DNA of 64,000 nucleotides, from IMG/VR virus record IMGVR_UViG_3300013121_000005, positions 128,001 to 192,000 of that record; one strand, given 5' to 3'. The notes beneath the pieces are model-generated. The model ran no database searches. It saw only the letters and a program-made list of their open reading frames with translations, and was not told the DNA's origin. Positions 38,606 through 49,154 of the stretch are shown here, piece by piece. Origin of the DNA: a virus. Taxonomy: Duplodnaviria; Caudoviricetes. The position numbers and the translations under genes are program-made. How positions within the stretch are numbered: position 1 is the stretch's first letter; each line of letters opens with the position of its first letter.

Positions 38606-41600
38606 ATGTCCTTTGGGAGCAGTCCTTACGGAACAACACCTTACGGTGGAGTAGCCCTAGTTTCTGGGGGGATCACTATTGTCTCGGCTTCGCCTGCGGT
38701 TGGTAGCTCAGGAGCTTCCCCTACAGGTCCGGTTCAATTTACAGTCAATACTCCGGCTGAATTCGACGCCCTCACTCTGACCGTCAGGTTGAATGGGGCT
38801 CAGGTCACAAGGAACTCGGAGTTTCTAGCTGGGTTTGGAGGGACCATTGCGTTCAATGGTCCTGACCTTACTGTCAACATCAGTACCCATCCAGCGTTGC
38901 CAGACGGGAGCCCCATTACGGTAAACATCGAGGTCTATGATCTCGCAGGGACTTTTCAGTCTGCTTCCTATGGGTTTACTACAGGAGGGGCTGCACTTTC
39001 TGGGTCGGAAACTCTCACTCTCACAGAGGACTTCTTTTTAGGGGGATTTGTCAGTCTCCCGGAGACTCTGACTCTTACCGAAGGGTTGTCTCCTTTCGGA
39101 CAAGATTTGGGGGAGACCCTAACTCTCACGGAGAACCCTACCCAAACTAAACAGGGGCTCTTCCTTCAAGGGCTGGAGACGCTTACCTCATCCGAGAGTC
39201 TTCAGGTAGGGGCCCTTCACTTTGAGTTCCTCGACAGTACGACCATTCAAGTCACCTTCCCAGAGGAGTTTTCGCTTAGTGGGGTTGGGGATGCCTGGAA
39301 CTACACGTTTGAAACTGTGGAGGGGTTCCCCCTTACGGTCCTTTCTGCTGTTCCAATTGTGGAAGTCCACCATACAGGCACACAAGGTCAGATAGTTGAG
39401 ACCTTTCCTGGGACCTTCTTTTCGTACACCTTCAATACGGTCACGGATAGCTTTACCCCAGCAGATATCGGAAGGTACTTGTTCATTACGGGGCCCTCCA
39501 ATCCTCCTCTGGTAGGGCCTAACGATCCTTTCCAAATCGTAGGGGTTGCGGGTAGTGTGGCTACCGTAGACCGTCCTATCCCTATGGGGACCTCAGCAAA
39601 TGGGGGGTACGTCCCAGGGTCTGGGTTCACTCCTGGGGCTGGGCAGGTTCAGTGGGCGCACACAACGGGTGCTAAGGGCGCAACTTTGAAGGTCACGGAG
39701 GGGACCGCAGGTAAGGGGTATGTTGGGCGTGTCCGGAATTTGCGGAGGATCAACGGAACCCCCTACTCAGGGTCCCGGGCCTTCACTGCAATCGCCTCAA
39801 AGCCGAAAGTCTCCAGCGTTCAGTTCTTGCCTGAAAATGGAACAGTTACTGTTACTTTTTCTGAGCCGATGCGGATTGACGGGACTCTTCTCTCTCCGAC
39901 TGAGTACACAATCGCGGGACCTACAACAGTTGCGGTTCGGTCTGTATCGGCTATCGACCCTCAGACAGTTGCTCTTACCACGTCTGGGTTTGGTGCCGGG
40001 TCTTACACCCTCACCGTTAATGCTACAGGGACCCCGAAAGATGCGGCTGGGAATCCGACTGACCCGTTGTTCAACCAGGTCATCTTCACGGGTTCTGTCC
40101 CACTAGCAAGCCGTTCCATTTTCACTGACAAGGGACCAATTGCGAAGCCTCCTGTAACACTTCAGAGTGGCACTGGGGCTACAATTCAAACCTACACGAC
40201 TCTAACCTTTGGAGTGACCCAGTTCACTTCCAATGAGGTAGTTCTTCCTGGAGGAGCTTTCAACTCGACCCATGTGGGGCTTCGGTTGGAGCTTGGGGGC
40301 TCGACTATCAACGGAGGGACCTACAAGATTTCTGGGGTGGTCAATGCAACCCGTCTTAGGGTTCAAGCAAGCTTCTCCCTTCCTGACTCGAACAATGGGT
40401 TGATGACTTGGAAGCTCATTGATCCGAGGGTAGGGGAGATTGCTGATGACCCATCGGATGTCGTCGTTCGGGTTAACAACGTTCCAGTTACACCTTTGGC
40501 GGTTATCGGGCTCCTAGGGCAGGTGGTACTCCCATCTACCCCTAATCCTGCTGATGATGTGAAGATTGACTACTCTCATCTTTGTAACCCCACTGTCGAA
40601 ATTCGGCGTCTAAATTCGAGAGAGTTTCGGCTGAATTCGTGGGCTAGCTCAGGGGCAGAGCATAGTTTCAAGTACAACAACGTTACTGTACAGCCTTCGA
40701 CTTTTGTCCCTGATGACATTCAAGCGAGTTTGGTGCAACCTCTCTTTCGAGAACTGCATTACCACGCATACGAACGAGCCTATTCGGTTGCGCTGAACGA
40801 CCCTAACCTGCTTGTTCTGAACACCCCAAGCAATCAAATTGCGTACCCCCCTCTTTCGCGTCAGATTGACTCTACAACGGTCAATTACTCTGCTTCCACC
40901 TTACCAGAGGTGGACCCAGACCCTTGGGTTCGTAAAGGGATGGGGATCGCTTCGGTAGGTGGGGGTACTCTGACGGTTCAGGACAACACTACAGGTCCGC
41001 TTCCTTCAGGTAACCCCCTTTTCTGGACTAAAGACCTTGACCTGACCTTCCCTCATGTGTTTGCAGCCACGTGGCGGATGCAGGTGGTAGCTTCAACCCC
41101 TGTAGGAGTTTTCACAGGAGTTTCGATTGGGTGGTCCAACGACAAGAAAGCTGTAGTTCTGGGCTATCTGAACGACGCTGGGGTCAAAAAAGTAGGCTTC
41201 CTCCGTAAAAACTATGGGAATGACCCCTCTCTCATTGGGGCTTGGATTACGACCCCTCTTGATTGGTCGATTCTCCGCAGTTACCGCTTCTTTCGTAGTC
41301 GGGACGGAGTGGTTAGCCTTTTCGTAGACGGGGAAATCATAGCGAGTTTGCAAGTCGTCGAAGCGGACCTGCCCTACTTGGAAGAGCTGAATGACCCCTT
41401 CCAAGAAATACAGGGAATTTTCTTTGGGTCCTTGAGTCGAGAGGCTAGCAATACCTCTTTGTGGGACTTCATCCGCTACCTAACGTTACCGACCAATCCT
41501 GAGCAGAGTGCCCCAGCTATTTTCGCTGGTTACGAAGGGGATCTTCTTCCTGAAGTCAGCCCAACTCCATGGACTCCTGTGGGGTACCATGGGGAGGAGT

Positions 41601-43972
41601 CCCTTTTGGGGGGCTCTCTCATCCTTGATTCTACCTCGGCGACTACTCAAGCAACTTCGGATGCGATTGGATTGGCTGGGGGAAGCTTTCGAGGATTCAC
41701 AAGAGTCGAACCACTTCTCCCTGTGTCTTCTGATGTGGTACTGGACTGCAACGTCCAACTTCGGACGCTTACCCATGGCATTACTCCTAATGCCACGATG
41801 GTAGCTATCGATGATGGGAACAGGTTAGTTCAACTCTGTTTTTTCCCAATCACAGCCCAGCCTAAGAAGAGCTACCCAGGGCGTACGCTGCCCCAAGATG
41901 CAACCCCTCTTGCTTGGACCCCTCTTGGGAACGGGGCGATGGCTGGGATGGTTGGCCGTACGCTACGGATTACGGATGCCTTGGTGGGGAGTGGGTTAGT
42001 CTACTTCGTGGAGGACCTTGCTCTGTTGGCAAGCCCAGATAGGGTTATTGCACCTACCCTGGATTACTACGGGGAGTTTAAGCTGAAGGTAGTTTCGTAC
42101 GTAAATGATGGCTCCCCGGTGGGGTTCTGCGGGGCAACCTTTGACCTGTTTGATGGCACTCGTTCCATTGGGTTGTTGCTTCGTGAAACTGGGGGTGTAC
42201 GACAGGTTGCCTTCCATTCAGACGGCAACCTTTTGGGGGTAGGCTCGCAATACCCCTTCGAGTGGAACGACGGGCTTTCTCACATCTATCGGGTTGTAAA
42301 GAGTACAATTGGGGATCTTGTCTCTCTCTTCATTGATAACGTTTTGATCGGAACTTACCCCTATTCATCCTTCCTTGTAGATGTGGGGAATCCGACAATT
42401 TCGTTTGGCTCGGCGACAGGATCTAGTGTCACTTCCACGTCCACTGTGGATTGGTACTACGCCAACGTATGGAGGGCTCAGGCAGCAACGGCTCAGCGGT
42501 ACGTCGGTATTTGGAAAGGGTACGACTCAACCTCCCTTGTAGGGTACTACCTGCCTCTGAAAGCCGAGGGGCAAGCAGCGGTAGCAGGCAACTCCCTCAC
42601 GGATTTGACCACGGATTTCCTTGCGGCTGGGGTGGCTGTTGGGGATTTCTTGCTTGTTGATGTTGGGGCGGACAAGGGTACGTACACGATTGCTACGGTT
42701 GGAGCGACCACCCTTACCTTCCTAGAGTCTTTCCCTTTGGCCACTGGGTCGGTGAATTACCGCATTCCAATGCAGGTAGATTGGTCTGTGCCCCATAAGT
42801 ACCGAATCATTCGAGACCCTGGGGGATCAGTGAGCCTCTTCCTAGATGCTGCCACAGCTCCGATTATCCGAATCGATTACAACGAAGTAGCTCTCCCCCC
42901 AAGTACTGTAGGGGTACCGTACCTCCTCCATAATGGCCTTCCTTCCGTGTCGTGGGGGGCGTTCGACCCTACGAATTTGAGCCAAACTGCTTGGGACTTC
43001 GTAAGGTACGGCATCACTCGCTCTCCGACTGAATTGCGGATCGTCCCCCATCACCAAGTTCTAAATCAACGAAATGTGATGGCTTCTCCTGAGCACCTAT
43101 TCAACTTCGCTCCGCATGACCACACTCAGTTTTCGTCTGCTTCAACAGGCATCCCGTATCCGTGGCAGGATTTTGTTGACAACCCTGCCAATGTTGCCTT
43201 CACTCGACTCAATGAAGGAACGCCTCTAGTCCCTTCAACCCAGACGTATGAAGTTCGGAGACCTACCCCGGTTTTTGAGTTCACTTCGGGTCTAAATCGT
43301 CCAGAAGATGTGCTCAACAGTGACGGGGATTTTCTTCTGAATGATGGGTCACAACGTTCTCGAATCATCGTCCCTAACGATGTGTTGTACAATTGTCTTC
43401 AGGTTACAGAAGAACTGGTAGGGGAAGCAGAGCACATTGCTCCGTTCTCGGACGAGGGTAATCCCATAGCCTTGAAACGCCTCAATTGGACCAAAGAGGT
43501 TTGTGGGGTGTATAAGGCAGACACCTTGCCGGAGCTTGACCCTGGCTTCGGGACTTCTTGGGTTTTGGAGTCAGATAGCCCAGGGGATGTTGCAACAACG
43601 GCATTTGCGGGCATTCTGACGTATTCTGTGGGGGCTACCCCAGGGAATAACACTATCTACAGGAACCCGACGCCGCTCACGGACCCTGTTGGGCTCCAGA
43701 CCCGAGTTGACTTTACGCTGAAAGTCTTGAATGATGCGAGTGTGGGACTCGGGGATTCGGGAATTCGCTTTGGGTTCAGCGCTCTTGGGCTTACTGCTGC
43801 CCTTGCATTTGTCACTGCGCCTTCTGGAGACCGTGAGGTGCGTTTGATCGACTTGCAAAGCAATGTCGTTCTTGGGGCAGTTCCTTTCGATTACCTCGAC
43901 GGGGCGTTCCATGTGTACCGCCTCGAAAAGAACGTAACGGCGGCCACATTGGACCTGGTTATTGACCCCTGA
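38606..43972 (+). CDS. Large fibre/adhesin-like protein: Ig-like domains, ETLTLTE repeats, four ConA/lectin-like domains
   Basis: N-terminal FGSSPYG..PYGG; VTFSEPM..Y.I Ig pattern; four Y..xLP(E/Q)..W starts and four H/S.YR..VSLF.D segments. Confidence 0.75.
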   Translation: MSFGSSPYGTTPYGGVALVSGGITIVSASPAVGSSGASPTGPVQFTVNTPAEFDALTLTVRLNGAQVTRNSEFLAGFGGTIAFNGPDLTVNISTHPALPDGSPITVNIEVYDLAGTFQSASYGFTTGGAALSGSETLTLTEDFFLGGFVSLPETLTLTEGLSPFGQDLGETLTLTENPTQTKQGLFLQGLETLTSSESLQVGALHFEFLDSTTIQVTFPEEFSLSGVGDAWNYTFETVEGFPLTVLSAVPIVEVHHTGTQGQIVETFPGTFFSYTFNTVTDSFTPADIGRYLFITGPSNPPLVGPNDPFQIVGVAGSVATVDRPIPMGTSANGGYVPGSGFTPGAGQVQWAHTTGAKGATLKVTEGTAGKGYVGRVRNLRRINGTPYSGSRAFTAIASKPKVSSVQFLPENGTVTVTFSEPMRIDGTLLSPTEYTIAGPTTVAVRSVSAIDPQTVALTTSGFGAGSYTLTVNATGTPKDAAGNPTDPLFNQVIFTGSVPLASRSIFTDKGPIAKPPVTLQSGTGATIQTYTTLTFGVTQFTSNEVVLPGGAFNSTHVGLRLELGGSTINGGTYKISGVVNATRLRVQASFSLPDSNNGLMTWKLIDPRVGEIADDPSDVVVRVNNVPVTPLAVIGLLGQVVLPSTPNPADDVKIDYSHLCNPTVEIRRLNSREFRLNSWASSGAEHSFKYNNVTVQPSTFVPDDIQASLVQPLFRELHYHAYERAYSVALNDPNLLVLNTPSNQIAYPPLSRQIDSTTVNYSASTLPEVDPDPWVRKGMGIASVGGGTLTVQDNTTGPLPSGNPLFWTKDLDLTFPHVFAATWRMQVVASTPVGVFTGVSIGWSNDKKAVVLGYLNDAGVKKVGFLRKNYGNDPSLIGAWITTPLDWSILRSYRFFRSRDGVVSLFVDGEIIASLQVVEADLPYLEELNDPFQEIQGIFFGSLSREASNTSLWDFIRYLTLPTNPEQSAPAIFAGYEGDLLPEVSPTPWTPVGYHGEESLLGGSLILDSTSATTQATSDAIGLAGGSFRGFTRVEPLLPVSSDVVLDCNVQLRTLTHGITPNATMVAIDDGNRLVQLCFFPITAQPKKSYPGRTLPQDATPLAWTPLGNGAMAGMVGRTLRITDALVGSGLVYFVEDLALLASPDRVIAPTLDYYGEFKLKVVSYVNDGSPVGFCGATFDLFDGTRSIGLLLRETGGVRQVAFHSDGNLLGVGSQYPFEWNDGLSHIYRVVKSTIGDLVSLFIDNVLIGTYPYSSFLVDVGNPTISFGSATGSSVTSTSTVDWYYANVWRAQAATAQRYVGIWKGYDSTSLVGYYLPLKAEGQAAVAGNSLTDLTTDFLAAGVAVGDFLLVDVGADKGTYTIATVGATTLTFLESFPLATGSVNYRIPMQVDWSVPHKYRIIRDPGGSVSLFLDAATAPIIRIDYNEVALPPSTVGVPYLLHNGLPSVSWGAFDPTNLSQTAWDFVRYGITRSPTELRIVPHHQVLNQRNVMASPEHLFNFAPHDHTQFSSASTGIPYPWQDFVDNPANVAFTRLNEGTPLVPSTQTYEVRRPTPVFEFTSGLNRPEDVLNSDGDFLLNDGSQRSRIIVPNDVLYNCLQVTEELVGEAEHIAPFSDEGNPIALKRLNWTKEVCGVYKADTLPELDPGFGTSWVLESDSPGDVATTAFAGILTYSVGATPGNNTIYRNPTPLTDPVGLQTRVDFTLKVLNDASVGLGDSGIRFGFSALGLTAALAFVTAPSGDREVRLIDLQSNVVLGAVPFDYLDGAFHVYRLEKNVTAATLDLVIDP

Positions 43973-43981
43973 GGCAAGGTT

Positions 43982-45691
43982 ATGGCATTTTTTCAGGTTC
44001 TCGGGGCTCAAGCGATCAATCCGTTTACGGTTGTCGTCACTTTCTCAGAGGCGCCTGACCTTTCCATCCCTGCGACCACAAACCCTGCAAATTACGGGTT
44101 TACGGGGGGTCTTTCCGCTGTTCGGATTCTCGCTGGCCCCACTGCAAATTCCGTAAAGGTCGTCACTACTGGGCACTCGTATGCGCTGTACACCGTAACA
44201 GTGCAGGGAACGGTCCAAAGTGTCCTTGCCTCGACAATTGACCCTGGTGCGAATAGCGCGGGGTTCACAGGTTTCACGTCTTCTCCGAAATTTTCTGTCA
44301 GTGTTCAAAGTTCTACGGTACTGACCCTTCTGTTCAAACAGACTATGTTGGCTAATGGGGACCTTACCAACCCTGCCAGCTATACGCTTCAGGCAGTGAG
44401 TGGGGGTGCTCCGCTCGCCATTCTGTCTGTTACGAAGAACGTCCCAGCGAACCCAACTCACCTGACTCTCAAGTTGTCTGCCCCGCTTCCTTCGGGCATA
44501 CCCTTGACGTTGAGTCTTTCGACTGGGGTAAGGACCTCTGACGGGCGATTGGTCCAACCCAACAATGCAGTCCTATTCTGGCAAAAGCGTCAGAATCGGG
44601 TCTCAGTCCCACTAGCTAAGTTCACAGGGGAAGTTCGAGCCCCTCGTGGGTTGAGATTGGACTTGCAAGAAACTCTTCAACTTGAGGAGTCTTTCGCATC
44701 TGTCCTTGACCCTATTTCGTTCTCAGACCCTCGATTCCCCGAGACATTCCCAGAGGTTTTAGCTCTTGTCGAGTACTTGACGGTTCAGGGTTCAGGCAGC
44801 CCTGCAAAACAGTATGGGGTTTCGATCTCCGAGACACTTCTAACGAATGTTCGTACCTCAACTACATCTCAGCCAGAAATCCGTTCGACCCGAACTATAG
44901 CTCTTGGGGAATCCCTGTTCTTCCAGGAAAGTCTGTCTATTCTACCCGAGCTTCCGAGTGGGTTAGCTCCAGAGATAGCCAAGCTTTTTGGGAAGCCTGA
45001 TGGGCTGGTGTTCTTCTCCCCTTCGCTTAAGCCTGGGGGTGCTCCAACGTCGTCCCTCCAAGTGGATGACGTAAAAGCTTGTACGCAGGCGTACGATGTC
45101 TACCAGTTTCCTCAGCCTATTGACCCTAAACCTCTTTACACGCATGGGGGCGGGCTTACGGCTACCCCTGAGGTCACGACCCTTAACAATGGGGTCCTTT
45201 TCGTTGAGTTCTATCGACTTAAAGAGGCGAAACACAAGCTCCGAGATCGAAAGGATGAGAGTGTTCTCCCTCCTGTAGACGCGGGTGCGACTTTTACGTT
45301 CACAGAGCAAACGTACCCCCCTAATCGAGTCGCCCTTCTCAGTAATCCGGGCTGGAAGCTGTTTGATAACACCGCACCCCCTCCTTACAGGTTTGTCACC
45401 GCAGACAATCTCAATCCAATCCCAGTAGGTTCGGTCACTTACCGCAGACATTTTCAGAATCCTGCTGAAGTTCTACAGGTTACAGAGCAACTCTCAGTGA
45501 TTCTTGCGACAAGTCTTGGGGTTGCGGACACGCTGATTCAAGCAGAAGACTTTGACCTTGTACCTGGGGAACAGGTTGTTCAAGTCAACCTTACTGAGGT
45601 TTTGGGGGTTTCGGAATCCTTGCTTACGAAGGTGGGAGTCAACCTCTCTGAGAGCTTGACCCTTTCGGAAGGGATCTCCGTGGCAGTGTGA
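43982..45691 (+). CDS. Ig-domain structural protein with ExLxLxE repeats
   Basis: Two VTFSE..TNPANY Ig-like domains, then about 8 E(T/S/V)LxxxE motifs. Confidence 0.7.
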   Translation: MAFFQVLGAQAINPFTVVVTFSEAPDLSIPATTNPANYGFTGGLSAVRILAGPTANSVKVVTTGHSYALYTVTVQGTVQSVLASTIDPGANSAGFTGFTSSPKFSVSVQSSTVLTLLFKQTMLANGDLTNPASYTLQAVSGGAPLAILSVTKNVPANPTHLTLKLSAPLPSGIPLTLSLSTGVRTSDGRLVQPNNAVLFWQKRQNRVSVPLAKFTGEVRAPRGLRLDLQETLQLEESFASVLDPISFSDPRFPETFPEVLALVEYLTVQGSGSPAKQYGVSISETLLTNVRTSTTSQPEIRSTRTIALGESLFFQESLSILPELPSGLAPEIAKLFGKPDGLVFFSPSLKPGGAPTSSLQVDDVKACTQAYDVYQFPQPIDPKPLYTHGGGLTATPEVTTLNNGVLFVEFYRLKEAKHKLRDRKDESVLPPVDAGATFTFTEQTYPPNRVALLSNPGWKLFDNTAPPPYRFVTADNLNPIPVGSVTYRRHFQNPAEVLQVTEQLSVILATSLGVADTLIQAEDFDLVPGEQVVQVNLTEVLGVSESLLTKVGVNLSESLTLSEGISVAV

Positions 45692-45693
45692 CG

Positions 45694-45704
45694 GTTGTTT
45701 TTAT
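45694..45704 (+). promoter_or_regulatory. Putative late promoter motif variant (GTTGTTTTTAT)
   Basis: Intergenic; shares the TTTTAT core; ends 36 nt before ATG 45740. Confidence 0.4.
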
Positions 45705-45739
45705 AGCTCTTCCCCCGTGAGTCCCCCTTACTGGAGAAG

Positions 45740-46387
45740 ATGCACATGAGATTGAATGAGGTGCTTGGTCGTGTGACCGCTCAATTCTTCGGAGCCCTTC
45801 GTCCGTGGTATGAAGAGAAGGCCCAAGTTAGGATTCGAGGGGATGTATTTATGACCCTTCGGGATGGTGAGACCCAAGAGGTGCAAGACCATCGAGAAGT
45901 CCGAAACCTCATTGTGAAAGACGCCTCGATCCTTGTAGCTCGTCTGATGAAGAGTAACACGGAGCCTACCAAGGGTATCTTTGCTTTGGCGGTCGGGACT
46001 GGAGATGTAGGGTGGAACCCATTGGCTCCTCCAGCCCCTACCAATACCCAACGGGCGCTTTACAGTGAGTTGACTCGTAAAACGTTCTCGCAAACTCAAT
46101 TCATTGACGCTTCTGGGGTCCCTACCGCAATTCCAACGAATGTGGTCGACTTTTCGACCATCTATACGGAATCTGAAGCTGTAGGGCCTTTGGTCGAAAT
46201 GGGGCTTATTGGGGGCAACATTTCAACCAACTTGGCTGTTAAAAACCCAGTGTCTCCTCCCAATGGCCCCTACAATCCGGCTGTGGACCTGACGACTAAG
46301 GAGACAATGGTAAACTATCTTACGTTTCCAGTCATTTCAAAGCCTGCTACGTCTACGCTAGAGGTTGTTTGGAGGCTCTCCTTCTAA
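45740..46387 (+). CDS. Baseplate/fibre-attachment beta protein (distant relative of 35545..36078)
   Basis: NLIVKDA..LAVGTG..ALYSELTRK..EAVGPLVEMGLIGG..YLTFPVISK..LEVVWRLSF pattern. Confidence 0.7.
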   Translation: MHMRLNEVLGRVTAQFFGALRPWYEEKAQVRIRGDVFMTLRDGETQEVQDHREVRNLIVKDASILVARLMKSNTEPTKGIFALAVGTGDVGWNPLAPPAPTNTQRALYSELTRKTFSQTQFIDASGVPTAIPTNVVDFSTIYTESEAVGPLVEMGLIGGNISTNLAVKNPVSPPNGPYNPAVDLTTKETMVNYLTFPVISKPATSTLEVVWRLSF

Positions 46388-46401
46388 GGGGTTCCCTAAC
46401 A

Positions 46402-46509
46402 ATGATGGAGACTTCCTTGGCGCTATCAGCTATTAGGTGGGGACGGTCAGTGGCCTACGTGGGTTCTCCCGGGTGGGTGGGTAATCGTTCAATCTCGGAG
46501 ATTCACTGA
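46402..46509 (+). CDS. Possible 35-aa ORF (MMETSLALSAIRWGRSVAYVGSPGWVGNRSISEIH)
   Basis: TGATG overlap with ATG 46509; otherwise unsupported. Confidence 0.25.
   Translation: MMETSLALSAIRWGRSVAYVGSPGWVGNRSISEIH
46483..46493 (+). promoter_or_regulatory. Putative late promoter motif (AATCGTTCAAT)
   Basis: Ends 16 nt before ATG 46509; followed by GGAG. Confidence 0.55.
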
Positions 46510-49121
46510 TGGGTACGAAAAATTTCGGGGCAGCAGTCAGTGGCTACCTCGATCCTGATGGGAGAAGCTTCGAGAACCCGGTCTTTCAGGCGGGTAAGCC
46601 TGTTCTTGACAAGGAATTAAACCTTGCAGAGGACATTGCAAACACCTTTGGGCTCAGCTTAGCCAGAAGAGTCTATCCTTCTGGGTGGGTTACCAATGAG
46701 CATCTCAACAAGTCAGATCCACTTGCAACCCTCTTTGTTCCTTCCGTTACGGCAAATCTACTGGTTCTTGCGAACTCTCTGACAGCTCTTGTGAATGGCT
46801 GGCCAATTACGGTTGCCTATACAGGTAGCGCTACTCAGAACCAAGTGAGTCTGGGGGCAGGTCCAGTAGGTAATGGGGCTAAACGAACAGACCTCGTAGT
46901 CCTGGAAGTGTGGCGCAGGCTTATTTCCGCCTCCCCTAGCACAGACGGGAAGAGCGTAGGGGGTAGAATTTGGCGGAATGGGAACGTAAAGGTACAGGCA
47001 GCAGATGATGCCCTCCTGAACTTCAGCGATGATATTTTGGATGGTGTAGTTGGATCTGAAACCACTAAACGAGTCCAGATTCAGTACCGTCTCCGAGTCA
47101 TTCAGGGGGTGGACTTGTTTGCTTACCCTCAAGGGGTTGATGACCCCGTGGTGTTCGCGAATTCCATCCCCACGGCTCCAGGAACCCCTGATGGGGTAGC
47201 GACAGCCTTCAATTATAGCAATCAGAGTAGCAACGGAGACCCTGGTCTTTGGCGTGCAGGGGACGGGAACCCAGCGAATGCTTTGGGGACCGTAGATGGC
47301 TACATGTATGCCATCCCATTGGTCGCAGTGTTTCGACGAAACACTTCGGCCTACGACCGAAACCTGAATCACAATGGGGGGGCTGTTAGCCCTGGTCCTA
47401 GTACACGTCCAGATGGGTATCTATCAGATATCTTTGTGCTAAGTGACGTGGCGGATCTTCGAGCGGCAACAAGCCCTAGTTGGGACTACCAGGAAGTTGG
47501 GGAGAAGAGCTTCACCAATCTCTTGGACAACATGTCGAAAACGGAGTGGGAGATTACCTCCCTGGGAGGGGGTGTTGCGGGACATACCCTCTTTTGGGCG
47601 GATGAGATTGGAGTTCTCCCTGGGGATAGTGTCATCACTGGGGATACTCCAGGAGCCGAATTCATCGGTCAGTTCGATTGTTCCCGTAGGTTTTTCTCTG
47701 ACCGGGTGGTCTATGAGGTGCTTACTTACAAGGTAGCCCCAGGAGACCCTTCTGTTTCGACTGCTACCTGGCAGGCAGGGACCGTTGTTACAGTCAATCC
47801 TGCAACCTTGTCCCAATACCCTTTCCCGGGTGCAATTGGATGGATTAGCAGAGCCCCAACTGGAACTAGGATTGCGGATGTTTTGGGTGCTCGTGTTCAA
47901 GGGACAATCATTGGGGATGAGGGGCTTGATGTCGGAGTTCTGCAAGCAGCAACCTCAGGTACGGTGTTCCCCATAAACAACATCCAAGGGTTAGGGGCAT
48001 ACCCTCCAGGGAATGTTGTCTTGACTATGGGGACCCCACCTACAGGAGGGTTGGCGACCGAGCCAATCTACATTGACTTCTTGATTGCATACCCTGCTGG
48101 GCAAGGGCTCACACGAACCCCTACGAACACCTTTTCAGGGACATTCTCGATTAACAACCCTGTAGCTTTGCCCGCAGGTGCTCCAGAATCTTACAGTGCG
48201 ATGCAGACGCAAGCACTCGATTTTGCACATCGTGAGGCACAGCTTCAGTACAAAACAAGTACAATTACGGTCACATTTGCGGCCGACTCGTTCGTCGCAG
48301 GGGCTACTAAGTACATGCTTCCTGAGCGTGTGCTGAACCTTGTTCAAGTACGAGTCAATGGGGCTCCTCTTCCTGGGGTTGGGGGGACCGTAAGTGCGAG
48401 TGGCCGTCTATTGACTCTGGTTGGGGGGTCTACGAATCCGGGCAACCTTGTAAGTGTAGACTATGAGGCGATTCGTCCTATGCCTCAATCCGGCGTCCAG
48501 ATGACGTTGTACTATGAGGCTCGTGCTGCTCAGACAGTACGGTCTTCCCTACTTGGGCTAAGTCAGACGTTCATTCCACGTTGGATTTCACCTTACCTCT
48601 ACACTCTGACTTCGGGATCGGGGTCTCAAGGGGAAAGCTACCCCTTCCCCTATGCTTACGTTCAAACTGGTGGAGTAAAGAAGGCAGTTGGCTCTTTTGC
48701 TGGGGAGCATGAGCTAGATGGGGCCCCCGAAATTTCGATTGCTGACTTCAATGCTTCGACAGGGTATCTCAGAGTGCCTGTTGTTCTTCCCTACACCCCA
48801 GCTCCGGATGCAGTGACGTTTAGTCGCGCCCTTGTAGATGCAGACATCGAGAACCGAACTTTCTTCCCGTCTGTCCCAGCGGGGTATAAGCCTAATGCGT
48901 TCGGTCAGAATCTTTCTGACGAGCGTATCCATAAGGTTATCCTGCCAATGGTCATGGAAGCTGCTGTGGACTCTACAATTGGCCGCAAAGGTTCCCTGTT
49001 CTTGTGTTTGCTAGTCCGATGGGCTGAGTTTGACGCAGAGAATAGCGTCAAGTTTCTTGCTGCTAGCAACACGACAGCAGCAAGCGTGTTCCGTTTGAAC
49101 ATGCTTAATCGGCGTGCGTGA
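46509..49121 (+). CDS. Baseplate-anchored fibre/structural protein (paralog of 59104..63684)
   Basis: N-terminal FQAGKPVLDKELN anchor-type motif; RTDLVVLEVW, ETTKRVQIQYRLRV and GDPGLWRAGDG..GTVDGY shared with the paralog. Confidence 0.75.
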   Translation: MGTKNFGAAVSGYLDPDGRSFENPVFQAGKPVLDKELNLAEDIANTFGLSLARRVYPSGWVTNEHLNKSDPLATLFVPSVTANLLVLANSLTALVNGWPITVAYTGSATQNQVSLGAGPVGNGAKRTDLVVLEVWRRLISASPSTDGKSVGGRIWRNGNVKVQAADDALLNFSDDILDGVVGSETTKRVQIQYRLRVIQGVDLFAYPQGVDDPVVFANSIPTAPGTPDGVATAFNYSNQSSNGDPGLWRAGDGNPANALGTVDGYMYAIPLVAVFRRNTSAYDRNLNHNGGAVSPGPSTRPDGYLSDIFVLSDVADLRAATSPSWDYQEVGEKSFTNLLDNMSKTEWEITSLGGGVAGHTLFWADEIGVLPGDSVITGDTPGAEFIGQFDCSRRFFSDRVVYEVLTYKVAPGDPSVSTATWQAGTVVTVNPATLSQYPFPGAIGWISRAPTGTRIADVLGARVQGTIIGDEGLDVGVLQAATSGTVFPINNIQGLGAYPPGNVVLTMGTPPTGGLATEPIYIDFLIAYPAGQGLTRTPTNTFSGTFSINNPVALPAGAPESYSAMQTQALDFAHREAQLQYKTSTITVTFAADSFVAGATKYMLPERVLNLVQVRVNGAPLPGVGGTVSASGRLLTLVGGSTNPGNLVSVDYEAIRPMPQSGVQMTLYYEARAAQTVRSSLLGLSQTFIPRWISPYLYTLTSGSGSQGESYPFPYAYVQTGGVKKAVGSFAGEHELDGAPEISIADFNASTGYLRVPVVLPYTPAPDAVTFSRALVDADIENRTFFPSVPAGYKPNAFGQNLSDERIHKVILPMVMEAAVDSTIGRKGSLFLCLLVRWAEFDAENSVKFLAASNTTAASVFRLNMLNRRA

Positions 49122-49154
49122 GGGCAAGGCTGACTAACCTAAAGGTGCTGTGAG

